A stretch of 24,000 nt of DNA, taken from assembly GCA_945923475.1 (NCBI GenBank), contig CAMELE010000016.1:19170-43169 (forward strand), written 5' to 3'. The notes under the pieces were generated by a model. The model saw only the letters and a list, made by a program, of their open reading frames with translations. It was not told the DNA's origin and did not search any database. The stretch comes from an uncultured Mollicutes bacterium (GTDB lineage Bacteria > Bacillota_I > Bacilli_A > Acholeplasmatales > Anaeroplasmataceae). A program made the position numbers and the translations under genes. Positions 8,031-18,086 of this stretch are shown here, piece after piece; positions within the stretch are counted from its first letter, which is position 1; each line of letters opens with the position of its first letter.

Positions 8031-10253
8031 TTATAGTATTTGACGCTTATATGCGCCTCTTGTATTATTCATTGAATCAAAATAGCTTTTATTTGAGCCA
8101 TTTAAACGTTCTTTAAATTGATCAACAATTTTAATTATTTCATCACTAGACTCATTTGTGAACTGTAATCTTAATCTCTTAACATACTTTGTAATATAAT
8201 CTAGATCATCTATTAAATTATTTGGTTTTTCATTTATTATGTGGGTAATACATCCAACATGATAAATTTCAAATTTACCCTTTTCATCAGCTAAATAATA
8301 CTTATGATGATTACAAATTCCACATTGACCATAACGCTTTAAAGGACAATATTTTGTAGTCATAAGATTTTCTTTTCCATATACTATCATTTCAAGATTA
8401 GGATTATTTCCATAAGGAATATAAGAATCATAGATATTTTTTAAATCTGTCTTTGATGTTTCAAAAGATACAGTTACATATTTAGCACCCGCTTTATGTA
8501 AGTAGTATACTGCATCGGCATTAATCGTATTAAATGAATAGTCCGCGGTAATTGTTTTATCTTTATACTTATATAATGCCCCGTAATTTCCAGCAAGGAT
8601 ATAATCTTCATTAATATCTTTAAATTTAGCATCTACATAAGGAACATAATTCTCGAAGTATATATTTTCAACACCTAAGCTCTTTAATGTATCATATTGT
8701 TCTTTGTTAGTACAAAATGCACATAAGACTATATCTTCGTCCTCATAATTAATTTCCTCATTATTATAATAATTATTAGGTAAGACTCTTGCACCCTGAG
8801 CATATGTATTGATTTGGTCCATTAGATTACGTCTAGTTTCGTTTATAGAACCAACTGACATAAACAAATCACCCTTAAGCTGGTTATCAATGTGCTCTAA
8901 ATACAATGATTGATTATTAAGTTTACTTAAATGCTTACTAAGTATCTCATAATCAATAGGTTTTTTTGAAGCTGATTGGAACACCTCAGAAGAAGTAGCA
9001 GAAAAATCACGTCCGTCAAAGGTTGTAAGAAGTGTTAATGGGGTACCAACACTACCAATGGCTTTTATAATAATACCCTTTTTGAATGTATTGTCTTCCT
9101 CTAAATTCACTTGAGAATTAACCATTCTAAAAATATTGCCTACTTTAATATTTCCATAAATATTAATATAAATCTCACCAATTCCACTTTGATATTCCTT
9201 TTTATCTTTAGGATTTTTATAAATTTTATCAATCGTAAAGTAATAATCTTCATCCTTACCTTCGATTCTGATTCTATCTTTGACATATAATTCTTTAGAA
9301 GCGTTGATTTTAGTTAAATCACCACAGCGCTCAATTATTTTTGCAACAAATTCACCTTCGTTGTTTTTCTTTTTAATATCTACAATGCTTCCTCTATCCT
9401 CATCAAAGATAAAGCCTTCAGTATATGCTCTGTGAAAAACACTAGAAAGCTTATTAGGCTTATAAGTAGCATCGTCAATCTTCTTACGATATTCAGAGGT
9501 GATTATTTTAACATAGTCAGGATTTTTCATTCTACCCTCAAGCTTCAGTGAATCTATGTTAATATCAACTAATTCCTTGACATTAGAAGAAGTGTTCAAA
9601 TCCTTCATTGATAAATGGAAGCCCTTTTCGCTTAAGGCTTGTCCATCCTTAAATATTTGGTATTCACGACGGCAGTTTTGACTACATCTACCACGGTTAC
9701 CACTTCGCTGAGTTAAAAATGAAGACATTAAGCATCCACCTGAGTAGCATACGCATAATGCTCCATGAGCAAATATTTCAAGAGGCATTTTAGAATTTTC
9801 TTTAATTAATTTTATTTCATCAAACGAATTCTCTCTTGCAAGTACAACTCTATCTACGCCAAGCTCTTCAAAGAATCTAACATCATTTAAGCATTTTATA
9901 CCACATTGAGTTGAAATATGAGCTTCAATTCCTTTAAGGTTGTTAATGACATAATTAATCATTGCGAAATCGGCAAGGATTAGCCCATCAACTCCAAGCA
10001 TGTATAATTCATTTACGTATTTTTTGCAAGCTTCAAGTTCGGTGTCTTTAACTATTGTATTGACTGTAACATAGACCTTTTTATTTAAGCTATGAGCTAA
10101 AATTAATAAAGTTTTTAGCTCATCTAAGGTTAAATTTTTGGCATATGCACGGGCACCAAAATGCTCACATGCGCAGTATATTGCATCCGCACCATTATAT
10201 AGTGCAGTTTTTGCACATAATAAATCTCCAGCTGGAGCGAGTAATTCAGTCAT
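8031..10253 (-). CDS. long-form U32-family protein (peptidase U32 / collagenase-like; family now linked to Fe-S dependent RNA or quinone hydroxylation), 740 aa
   Basis: N-terminal ELLAPAGD...GADAIY and the Cys-rich core HGALCVCYSGGCLMSSFL...GNRGRCSQNCR typical of U32. Start at ATG 10253 (MTELLAPAG) with a GGTGAT RBS is preferred over the ORF-track start at 10313. Confidence 0.8.
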   Translation of the reverse strand: MTELLAPAGDLLCAKTALYNGADAIYCACEHFGARAYAKNLTLDELKTLLILAHSLNKKVYVTVNTIVKDTELEACKKYVNELYMLGVDGLILADFAMINYVINNLKGIEAHISTQCGIKCLNDVRFFEELGVDRVVLARENSFDEIKLIKENSKMPLEIFAHGALCVCYSGGCLMSSFLTQRSGNRGRCSQNCRREYQIFKDGQALSEKGFHLSMKDLNTSSNVKELVDINIDSLKLEGRMKNPDYVKIITSEYRKKIDDATYKPNKLSSVFHRAYTEGFIFDEDRGSIVDIKKKNNEGEFVAKIIERCGDLTKINASKELYVKDRIRIEGKDEDYYFTIDKIYKNPKDKKEYQSGIGEIYINIYGNIKVGNIFRMVNSQVNLEEDNTFKKGIIIKAIGSVGTPLTLLTTFDGRDFSATSSEVFQSASKKPIDYEILSKHLSKLNNQSLYLEHIDNQLKGDLFMSVGSINETRRNLMDQINTYAQGARVLPNNYYNNEEINYEDEDIVLCAFCTNKEQYDTLKSLGVENIYFENYVPYVDAKFKDINEDYILAGNYGALYKYKDKTITADYSFNTINADAVYYLHKAGAKYVTVSFETSKTDLKNIYDSYIPYGNNPNLEMIVYGKENLMTTKYCPLKRYGQCGICNHHKYYLADEKGKFEIYHVGCITHIINEKPNNLIDDLDYITKYVKRLRLQFTNESSDEIIKIVDQFKERLNGSNKSYFDSMNNTRGAYKRQIL

Positions 10254-10498
10254 AATATCACCACGTGATATTGTAGCATAAAAAGAAGAGAATGAAAAGT
10301 TTTCAAAGGCCAATGGTAAGATTAAAAAGCATATTTTTAAGATTTAATTAACACAAAATTAAAATTAAATGATATAATGAAATCAATATGTGAAATGCGA
10401 ATAGTGTTTTAACTTATTATTAAGATAGAAATGACATATGGAATTAATTATTAGAATGATACGAGTTAATAAATAATATTAAGCGATAGGAGTTTTTT

Positions 10499-11245
10499 AT
10501 GGTAAAAAAGATACTTGAATATTTTAAATATTGTAAGAATAAAAGATTTGATACCCTAGCAGGTACATTATCGTTTTTCTTTATTTTATCTTTTATACCG
10601 CTTTTATATTTATGCATAAGTGCTTATGTTAAAATCGGGAATTGGTTTAATTTAGAAATTGCACTTCCTTCTGTTATTGTTAATTATATTTCATTTGACT
10701 TAAACGCAGGAGTTTCAATTTTGTTCATTTTAACAACGATTTATTCAGCGTCGAAGTTTTTTACTCAATTAAGAAAAACAGGAGAGATAATATACGAAAT
10801 AAAAAAACCACGAGTAACCATTAAAACACAATTATTTTCCTGTTTGTTTGTGCTTTTGTTAATGCTAATTGTTTCGGCAGGCTTTTTAGCTATTAGTATT
10901 GGTAATACGTTTTTAAAATATCCCTGGTCTAAGGTGCTTGTTAATGTACTTACCTACGCTATATTTTTGGGAATGCTACTAGGATTTTTATGTATTATTA
11001 ATAAAAATGCCTGCCAGGTTCAGGATACTAAAATTAAGCAAATGCTAAGAGGTATTTTGTTCTCACTTTGTTATGTTACAGTTGTATCTATCATTTTCTT
11101 AATATATGTAACCTATTTTGCTAATTATGATATGCTTTATGGAGTATTTTCTACAATAGTTATTGCATTCTTATATATATTTTTAATGATGCAGGGTATT
11201 GTTATTGGAATAATTATAAACGAAAGAAAATTAAAAAATAAATAA
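10499..11245 (+). CDS. YihY/BrkB-family integral membrane protein
   Basis: N-terminal FDTLAGTLSFFFILSFIPLL resembles the YihY family signature. About six hydrophobic spans. TAGGAG RBS. Confidence 0.5.
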   Translation: MVKKILEYFKYCKNKRFDTLAGTLSFFFILSFIPLLYLCISAYVKIGNWFNLEIALPSVIVNYISFDLNAGVSILFILTTIYSASKFFTQLRKTGEIIYEIKKPRVTIKTQLFSCLFVLLLMLIVSAGFLAISIGNTFLKYPWSKVLVNVLTYAIFLGMLLGFLCIINKNACQVQDTKIKQMLRGILFSLCYVTVVSIIFLIYVTYFANYDMLYGVFSTIVIAFLYIFLMMQGIVIGIIINERKLKNK

Positions 11246-11267
11246 AGGAAGAAGTAAGGGGGAAGCT

Positions 11268-12017
11268 ATGCGTTTTATAAGCTTTAATGTTAATGGCTTA
11301 AGGGCTATTAAAAATAAGAATTTCGATGAATTTTTTAAAGAAATTGATGCAGATTTTTTCTGTATTCAGGAAACAAAAATGCAGGAGGGTCAATTAGATA
11401 TTAATATAGATGGCTATTATTCCTATATAAATAGTGCCATAAAGAAAGGCTATAGTGGTACTTTAATATATACTAAGCATAAGCCAATCTCAGTTGCATA
11501 TGGTATGAATGGGCTCTATAATGATGAGGGTAGAATTATTACTCTTGAGTATGATAATTATTATGTAGTAACGTGCTATGTTCCAAATAGTCAGGAGGAG
11601 CTAAAGCGATTAGACTACCGGATGCAATTTGAGGATGATATGAGAGCGTATTTAAAATCATTAGATAATAGGAAACCGGTTATTTATTGTGGAGATTTAA
11701 ATGTGGCTCATAAGCCTATTGATATTAAAAATCCAACTTCAAATGAAAGAAATGCGGGATATACTATAGAAGAAAGAACAAAGCTTCAAGCATTACTTGA
11801 TGAAGGTTTTATTGACACTTTTAGATTATTAAATCCGGATACAATAAAGTATTCGTGGTGGAGCTATCGCTTCTTTGCAAGACAAAAAAATATAGGCTGG
11901 AGAATTGATTATTTTTTAGTATCTAATATGTTAAAAGATAAAATAATTCGAGCAGATATTTTGACAGATGTAATGGGATCAGATCATTGCCCAGTTATAC
12001 TTGAGATGGATTTATAG
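11268..12017 (+). CDS. xth: exodeoxyribonuclease III (AP endonuclease)
   Basis: SFNVNGLRA, FCIQETK, GDLNVAH, WWSYR, GWRIDYFLVS, GSDHCPV: the full Xth/ExoA catalytic motif set. 249 aa. Confidence 0.9.
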   Translation: MRFISFNVNGLRAIKNKNFDEFFKEIDADFFCIQETKMQEGQLDINIDGYYSYINSAIKKGYSGTLIYTKHKPISVAYGMNGLYNDEGRIITLEYDNYYVVTCYVPNSQEELKRLDYRMQFEDDMRAYLKSLDNRKPVIYCGDLNVAHKPIDIKNPTSNERNAGYTIEERTKLQALLDEGFIDTFRLLNPDTIKYSWWSYRFFARQKNIGWRIDYFLVSNMLKDKIIRADILTDVMGSDHCPVILEMDL

Positions 12018-12031
12018 GGAGGAAATAAAAC

Positions 12032-12484
12032 ATGAAAAAACATCTAGATGGAAAAATGAGAACAGTTTGGTTGATTCGTTCAACAATTATTTGGGCGATT
12101 ATTGTCCTATGCTATTTATTTACATTTTTTATACCATGTGATTACTGGTTATATACTGTGCTTCCGGTAGGTGTAGTCTTAGCACTTGGTATAATTATTA
12201 CCTATGTATTTGTAATATTAAGCTATAATTGTTATTACTATTATTTGGAAGAGGAAGTAGTTTATATTGAAAAGGGTGTTATATTTAAGCACCGTATGAT
12301 TATTCCTTGCAAAAAAACTCAGGATGTCCATTTAAGTAGTGGACCTATCATGAGAGCATTAGGACTTAAGTCAGTTGAAATATCTACAGCAGGATCTAAC
12401 TTTGTAGTTGCTGGGTTGAGTGATGCAGAAGCATCAAAGTTTATAGCTGATATCAAGCAAGTGGTTGGTGATAACAGTGACTAG
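12032..12484 (+). CDS. ydbS: YdbS-like membrane protein with one bacterial PH (bPH_2) domain
   Basis: Two N-terminal TM helices, then YYLEEEVVYIEKGVIFKHRMIIPCKKTQDVHLSSGPIMRALGLKSVEISTAG, the bPH_2 pattern. Paired with a YdbT-like gene as in Bacillus subtilis. Confidence 0.7.
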   Translation: MKKHLDGKMRTVWLIRSTIIWAIIVLCYLFTFFIPCDYWLYTVLPVGVVLALGIIITYVFVILSYNCYYYYLEEEVVYIEKGVIFKHRMIIPCKKTQDVHLSSGPIMRALGLKSVEISTAGSNFVVAGLSDAEASKFIADIKQVVGDNSD

Positions 12485-14039
12485 ATTTTCTAAAAAGATA
12501 ATCCCGTTAAGAATTGTTGGGGGATTAATTACAGCATTATTTTTTATTTTAATGTTTAATTTTTCTTTATTTGAAGGGGAAGAAAATGAAAATATTATAG
12601 ATAATATTGGTATAGTTATTCTAATTGATATAATAGTTTTTATTTTAGCGGGAATCGTAATAACAATATATTCATATCTATATTATAAATCAGCTGGATA
12701 TTCAATTAATAATGAAGAAATTAAATGCCAAAGAGGTGTTATATTTAAAAAAACATCTATTATCAAAAGAGAAAAAATCAATGCTATAAACACAAAACAA
12801 TCTTTGCTTGCAAGAATATTTCATGTCAAGTATATTTTAGTTGATTCTGGTTCAACTAATACAGCATTTAATGCTGAGTTTGCGGTTGTATTAGATAACG
12901 AGGATGCGGATAAATTATACAAGCAAATTAAAATAATGAAGGATACGAAGGATGATATTACTAACGATGATGAAGCTTTAATTAGTAATTATGAAAATGT
13001 TATCTCGGGTCAAGATTATGATTATCATTTTACATCAAAGGGTAAATTTCTTTATTCACTTTCAAATATTTTAACTTTCGTTATTTCATTTTTAATATTT
13101 GTAATGATTGGTGTGATTGCTATTGTAATTATAAATAGTATTACTACGTTTGATTTGTTTTGGACAATTATCTTAACCATAATATTTGGTTATTTAGGAT
13201 TGGCTGCATTTACTACAGCTGTAAGTGTTGTAACTACATTTTTTATGTATCATAATTTTAATATTAAAAAGGGTGCTACATCATTACAAATCAGTCATGG
13301 CCTATTAACTAAGGTTGATAATAGCTTAGAGTATTCTAAAATAAGAGGAGTTACTATCTATCAAAATATAATTATGAGAATATTTGGATATGCAACTATT
13401 TATTTAAATGTTGTGGGGTATGGTCAAAATTCAAATAATCAAAATAACTCAAGCAGTCAAAATGCTGGCATACCTGGTGTGTTAATTCCTTTATGTAGAT
13501 TAGATGAGGTAAATAAGTATTTAAATGATCTTGTTGGTGGATATAAGGTTGATGATAAGGATATAGCATCACCAAGCATTACACCTTTCTTGACTTGGTC
13601 AAATTTAAGCTTATTTATAAGTATGGTTGTGCCTTCAATTGTCATATTACTAATTGGTATATTTTATAGTCAAAAGGCATTTTATGGATTCATTGCAGTA
13701 GGTATGTTATATCTTTTTAGTGAGATAATATTAATTATTAATGGAATTCTAGCCAAAAAAACTAACGGTATTACAGTAAATGATGATAAGGTTACGGTAT
13801 ATTATGGATCATTCACTAAAAGGATATTAGTTGTAGAAAAGAAGAATATCATTGGTGTTGAGGATATTTCAACTCCGCTAAGAAGAAAAAAAGGTATTTA
13901 TTCATATGTTATTCATTTTCATAACAACAGTACACTTAATACAGTTAGAGTAGAGTGTGTTGAGTCAAAAGTTATGAATCAAGTTCTAGATATGCTTGAT
14001 TTTAACCAAAATTTTATAAAGAATAACTTAAAAAAATAA
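12465..14039 (+). CDS. ydbT: YdbT-like membrane protein with repeated bPH_2 domains
   Basis: Repeated TM-pair plus PH-like modules (e.g. IKCQRGVIFKKTSIIKREKINAINTKQSLLARIFHVKYILVDSG). TTG start overlaps ydbS by 20 nt; the exact start is uncertain. Confidence 0.7.
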   Translation: MVITVTRFSKKIIPLRIVGGLITALFFILMFNFSLFEGEENENIIDNIGIVILIDIIVFILAGIVITIYSYLYYKSAGYSINNEEIKCQRGVIFKKTSIIKREKINAINTKQSLLARIFHVKYILVDSGSTNTAFNAEFAVVLDNEDADKLYKQIKIMKDTKDDITNDDEALISNYENVISGQDYDYHFTSKGKFLYSLSNILTFVISFLIFVMIGVIAIVIINSITTFDLFWTIILTIIFGYLGLAAFTTAVSVVTTFFMYHNFNIKKGATSLQISHGLLTKVDNSLEYSKIRGVTIYQNIIMRIFGYATIYLNVVGYGQNSNNQNNSSSQNAGIPGVLIPLCRLDEVNKYLNDLVGGYKVDDKDIASPSITPFLTWSNLSLFISMVVPSIVILLIGIFYSQKAFYGFIAVGMLYLFSEIILIINGILAKKTNGITVNDDKVTVYYGSFTKRILVVEKKNIIGVEDISTPLRRKKGIYSYVIHFHNNSTLNTVRVECVESKVMNQVLDMLDFNQNFIKNNLKK

Positions 14040-14106
14040 CTATTTGATTAAAAAGACTTGTATTTTTTTATAATTGTGGTAAACTACATATAGATATTTG
14101 ATTAGG

Positions 14107-14134
14107 AAAGTGAGATTTATTTCTCACTTTTTTA
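14107..14134 (+). terminator. intrinsic-terminator-like hairpin: either the ydbT terminator or a leader attenuator of the rimP-nusA operon
   Basis: 9-bp stem AAAGTGAGA / TCTCACTTT, 6-nt loop, T-run. Lies 68 nt after the ydbT stop and 25 nt before the rimP ATG, downstream of promoter-like TATAAT (14069-14074) and TGgTAAACT (14077-14085). Confidence 0.5.
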
Positions 14135-14158
14135 AATGTCATATTAGGAGGTGCTAGT

Positions 14159-14611
14159 ATGTTTGATACATCTTTAGTTGAAAAAATGATTGAACCTATC
14201 CTTAAGCAGCATGACCTATATTTATATGAGGTATTGTGGGTTAAGGAATACGGATATCGTATGCTTAGGGTTTCGGTTGACAAGCGTGAGGGTGGAATTG
14301 ATTCTGATACCTTAGCAATTGTTAATGAATATCTATCTTCAAAGCTTGATGAATATGATAATGATATGCCTGAGTATATGCTAGAGGTATGTTCACCAGG
14401 AGCAGAAAGAATATTAAGAAATAAAGAAGAAATAAAAGAAAGCGTTGGCCAATACGTCAATGTTAAGACTATAAATGAGACATATGAGGGAACACTATTA
14501 TCCTATGAGGATGATACCTTAGTTGTTGAGATTAATATCAAAGGAAGAATGAAGAAGGTTTCTATTAAAGAAACTGACATCAAAAAGATTAGACTTGCCG
14601 TTAAGATTTAG
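14159..14611 (+). CDS. rimP: ribosome maturation factor RimP
   Basis: LEVCSPGAERIL motif, size and position directly upstream of nusA. AGGAGG RBS. Confidence 0.9.
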   Translation: MFDTSLVEKMIEPILKQHDLYLYEVLWVKEYGYRMLRVSVDKREGGIDSDTLAIVNEYLSSKLDEYDNDMPEYMLEVCSPGAERILRNKEEIKESVGQYVNVKTINETYEGTLLSYEDDTLVVEINIKGRMKKVSIKETDIKKIRLAVKI

Positions 14612-14626
14612 GAGGATTTTTTTAAA

Positions 14627-15706
14627 ATGGTAAACAAGGAATTATTTAAGTTATTAGAGGAATATGCAGTTGAATGTGGTGTAACCTATGAGGAAATGAT
14701 TGAGGTTTTAAAGAAGAGCCTAGCTGCATCTGCAAAGAAGGTTGAGCCAAATTCAACAATTGTTGTAAAGGTTAATCCTGAAAAGAGCGAATTAGTTGTA
14801 ACTGCACAACGTAAGGTTGTTGAAGAACTATCAACTGAGACTGAACCAGATGCTATTGCAGAAATCACATTAGAAGAAGCTAAGAAGATTAAGCCATCTG
14901 CAAAGGTTGGAGATATTTTATCAACTATAGTATCTACTAAGGAGGACTTTGGTCGTCAAGCTGCTCGTAGTGCAAAATCTACATTTGCATCTAACATAAA
15001 GGCTTTACTTCGTGAAAAGGCTTATCAATACTTTAAGGATTTAGAGAATGAAATGATTAGCGCATCAGTATTAAAGGTTGATGACAATTATGCTTACCTA
15101 AGCATTGGTCAAGGAACAACTGCAGTACTTCCTCGTGCTGAATGGCTACCTAATGATTCTTTTGCAGTAGGTGATAGAATTTCTGTATATGTTAAGAAGG
15201 TTGAGCAAACTACAAAGGATCCTAAGGTTAAATTATCTCGTTTAGACCGTAATTTAATTACACGTCTTCTTGAAAATTATATTCCTGAAATTAAAGATGG
15301 AATTATTGAAATTAAGGGAATTGCTCGTGATGCTGGAGACCGTTCAAAGATTGCAATTTATTCTAATGATCCAAAGGTTGATGCTTTAGGCTCATGCGTT
15401 GGTGAAAACGGAAATCGTATTAAGGAAGTTGTTCAAGCTTTAAATGGTGAAAAGATTGACCTTTATAAGTGGAGTGAGGATCCAGAAGAATTAATTAGAA
15501 ATTCACTTCAACCTGCAAAGGTTACATTAGTTTTAAATATTGATCCTAAAGAAAAAACATCTTTAGCTATCGTACCAGATGATCAATTAAGTCTTGCAAT
15601 TGGTAAGTCTGGACAAAATGTTCGTCTTGCTGTTCAATCATGTGGATGGAAGATTGATATTAAGTCTGCTACGGATGCTCGTGCTGAAGGGTTACTTAAC
15701 ATTTAG
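14627..15706 (+). CDS. nusA: transcription termination/antitermination factor NusA
   Basis: N-terminal RNAP-binding domain, an S1 region (VLKVDDNYAYLSIGQGTTAVLPRAE) and two KH regions (GSCVGENGNRIKEV, AIGKSGQNVRLA). 359 aa. Confidence 0.95.
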   Translation: MVNKELFKLLEEYAVECGVTYEEMIEVLKKSLAASAKKVEPNSTIVVKVNPEKSELVVTAQRKVVEELSTETEPDAIAEITLEEAKKIKPSAKVGDILSTIVSTKEDFGRQAARSAKSTFASNIKALLREKAYQYFKDLENEMISASVLKVDDNYAYLSIGQGTTAVLPRAEWLPNDSFAVGDRISVYVKKVEQTTKDPKVKLSRLDRNLITRLLENYIPEIKDGIIEIKGIARDAGDRSKIAIYSNDPKVDALGSCVGENGNRIKEVVQALNGEKIDLYKWSEDPEELIRNSLQPAKVTLVLNIDPKEKTSLAIVPDDQLSLAIGKSGQNVRLAVQSCGWKIDIKSATDARAEGLLNI

Positions 15707-15718
15707 TTTGAGGTAATT

Positions 15719-15982
15719 ATGAAGGAAAAGAAACTCGTTTTACGTACTTGCTGCCAAACCCGTGAGATTCTTGAAAAAAAGGATTTGATTCGTATTGTAA
15801 GAACCCCAGAGGGAAATGTAATTATTGACCAAACTGGTAAGGCAAATGGACGTGGTGCATATCTTAAAAAGGATGTAGCAGTGGTTTTAGCTGCGAAAAA
15901 ATCTCATGTTTTAGATAAAAAACTTGAGGTTTCAGTACCAGAAAATATCTATGATGAATTAGTAGAGGTTGTAAATGGATAA
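15719..15982 (+). CDS. ylxR: YlxR/RnpM-family RNA-binding protein (DUF448)
   Basis: RTCCQTRE...KDLIRIV...GKANGRGAYL motif and conserved position after nusA. Confidence 0.85.
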   Translation: MKEKKLVLRTCCQTREILEKKDLIRIVRTPEGNVIIDQTGKANGRGAYLKKDVAVVLAAKKSHVLDKKLEVSVPENIYDELVEVVNG

Positions 15983-16262
15983 GATTCTTTTAAACCTTGG
16001 CCTTGCTAAAAGAGCTGGTCAGATAGTTTCAGGGACTGATATGGTCATTGAAGGCTTGAGAAATAATAGCATATATTTAGTGTTTCTAGCTAAAGATACA
16101 GCTTTAAATACTACTAAAAAAATAACTGATAAGGCAACAACATATAATGTTGATGTCAACAAAAACTATTCTTGTAATGACCTGAGCCAAGCCATTGGCA
16201 AGAAAAATATACATGTAATAGGTATTATGGATCGAGGCTTTGCAAAATTATTAAAGGAATAA
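15975..16262 (+). CDS. ylxQ: YlxQ, L7Ae-family RNA-binding protein
   Basis: LGLAKRAGQIVSG...VFLAKD pattern. ATGGATAA overlap with the ylxR stop. Conserved position before infB. Confidence 0.8.
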   Translation: MDKILLNLGLAKRAGQIVSGTDMVIEGLRNNSIYLVFLAKDTALNTTKKITDKATTYNVDVNKNYSCNDLSQAIGKKNIHVIGIMDRGFAKLLKE

Positions 16263-16271
16263 GGTGATATT

Positions 16272-18086
16272 TTGGCAAAGAAAGCAAAAAAGACTGAACA
16301 AAGAATATCGAATATCCCGCAAAAGGATAAAAATATTACTAAGGATGGAGTTTTAGTCTATAAAGAAGGAATGACTGTAGCTGATATGGCTACAGAAATG
16401 GGCAAGCCAATTGCTCAAATTATTATGAAGCTAATGCAACTAGGAATAATGGCTAATCAAAATCAATCTGTTGATAGAGATACAATTGAACTTGTAGCCT
16501 CTGAATTTGGTTATTCATTAAAGGATGAGGTTGTAACAGATGTAACTAGATTTGATGAATTCACAATCGATGATGCAGAAGAAACTTTATCTACTCGTCC
16601 TCCTGTTGTAACAATCATGGGTCACGTTGACCATGGTAAAACTACATTACTTGACTATATTAGAAATACACGTGTTGCAGCTGGTGAGGCTGGTGGTATT
16701 ACTCAACATATTGGTGCTTACCAGGTTGAAAGAAATGGTCAAAAAATTACATTTATTGATACTCCAGGACATGCAGCATTTACTGAAATGCGTGCTCGTG
16801 GTGCTCAAGTAACTGATATTGTTGTACTTGTAGTAGCTGCAGATGATGGTGTAATGCCACAAACTGAGGAAGCTATTAGCCATGCTAAGGCTGCAAAATG
16901 TCCAATCATTGTAGCGGTTAATAAGTGTGATAAGCCAGGTGCAAATCCAAGTAAGGTTATGGAGGAATTAACTCATTATGATGTAGTTCCTGAGGCTTGG
17001 GGTGGTTCTACTCCATTTGTTGAGATTTCAGCACTTAAGGGTATTGGTGTAGATGCACTTTTAGATGTAATTCAGCTTACTGCTGAGGTTATGGAGCTTA
17101 AAGCAAATCCTAATCGTCTAGCTACAGGATCTGTAATTGAGGCTGAGCTTGATAGAGGTAGAGGTCCTGTTGCGACATTCCTAGTTCAAAATGGTTCTTT
17201 AAGAATTGGAGATTACGTAGTATGTGGAGATACATATGGACGTGTTAGAACAATGGAGGATGACCGTCATATTAAATATAACGAGTCATTACCATCAATG
17301 GCTGTTGTTGTAACTGGTCTTGATGATGTTCCATTTGCTGGAGATAAATTTATGGCTCTATCATCAGAAAGAGAGGCTAGAGAAATCTCTGAACAACGTA
17401 CAAATAGAACAAAGGATAAGGCAAATGCGGCTTCTAAGAAGTCACTTGAGGAATTATTCCGTACTAAGGATGAATCTAAGGAATTGAGCTTAATTGTTAA
17501 GGCTGATCTTCAAGGTAGTGCTGAGGCATTACGTCAAAGCCTTGAAAAAATTAAGGTTGATGATTTTACAGTAAATGTAATTAGATGCTCAGTAGGTGCG
17601 ATCACAGATACAGATATTATTTTAGCATCTGCGTCAAACGCAATTGTACTTGGATTTAATGTTCGTCCAACTGCAGCAGTTAGACAAACTGCAGCGGAAA
17701 AAGGTGTTGAGATTAGATTATATTCAATCATCTATAAGCTTCTTGAGGATATTGAAGCTGCCCTTAAAGGTATGCTTGCTCCTGAATTTGAAGAGGTTAT
17801 TATTGGCCAAGCAGAGGTACGTAATACATTCAAGATTTCTAAGGTTGGTACTGTAGCCGGATGCTATGTAACTGATGGTGCTATTCAATCTAATTCACTT
17901 GTTAGAATTATTCGTGATGGAATCGTTGTATATGAAGGTAAAATGGCTTCTTTAAAGAGATTTAAGGATGATGTTAAGGAAGTTAAAAATGGATACGAGT
18001 GTGGTATCACAATTGAAAACTTCAACGATATTAAAGAAGGAGATATCTTTGAAGCTTCAGTCATGAAGGAAATTGAGCGTAAATAA
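16272..18086 (+). CDS. infB: translation initiation factor IF-2 (short form, 604 aa)
   Basis: G-domain [32 protein letters not shown] start 4 nt after an AAGGTGA RBS (16261-16267). Confidence 0.95.
   Translation: MAKKAKKTEQRISNIPQKDKNITKDGVLVYKEGMTVADMATEMGKPIAQIIMKLMQLGIMANQNQSVDRDTIELVASEFGYSLKDEVVTDVTRFDEFTIDDAEETLSTRPPVVTIMGHVDHGKTTLLDYIRNTRVAAGEAGGITQHIGAYQVERNGQKITFIDTPGHAAFTEMRARGAQVTDIVVLVVAADDGVMPQTEEAISHAKAAKCPIIVAVNKCDKPGANPSKVMEELTHYDVVPEAWGGSTPFVEISALKGIGVDALLDVIQLTAEVMELKANPNRLATGSVIEAELDRGRGPVATFLVQNGSLRIGDYVVCGDTYGRVRTMEDDRHIKYNESLPSMAVVVTGLDDVPFAGDKFMALSSEREAREISEQRTNRTKDKANAASKKSLEELFRTKDESKELSLIVKADLQGSAEALRQSLEKIKVDDFTVNVIRCSVGAITDTDIILASASNAIVLGFNVRPTAAVRQTAAEKGVEIRLYSIIYKLLEDIEAALKGMLAPEFEEVIIGQAEVRNTFKISKVGTVAGCYVTDGAIQSNSLVRIIRDGIVVYEGKMASLKRFKDDVKEVKNGYECGITIENFNDIKEGDIFEASVMKEIERK

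Noticed and set aside
917-10313. N-terminal extensions in the ORF track: TTG 917 (transposase), GTG 2330 (pduL), TTG 6610 (udk), ATG 10313 (U32, minus strand).
   Set aside because: In each case an internal ATG with a proper RBS coincides with the conserved N-terminus of the family (MRNYN, MKQILIETSARHVH, MKPVLIVIAGG, MTELLAPAG). The extension overlaps predicted promoter or intergenic sequence.
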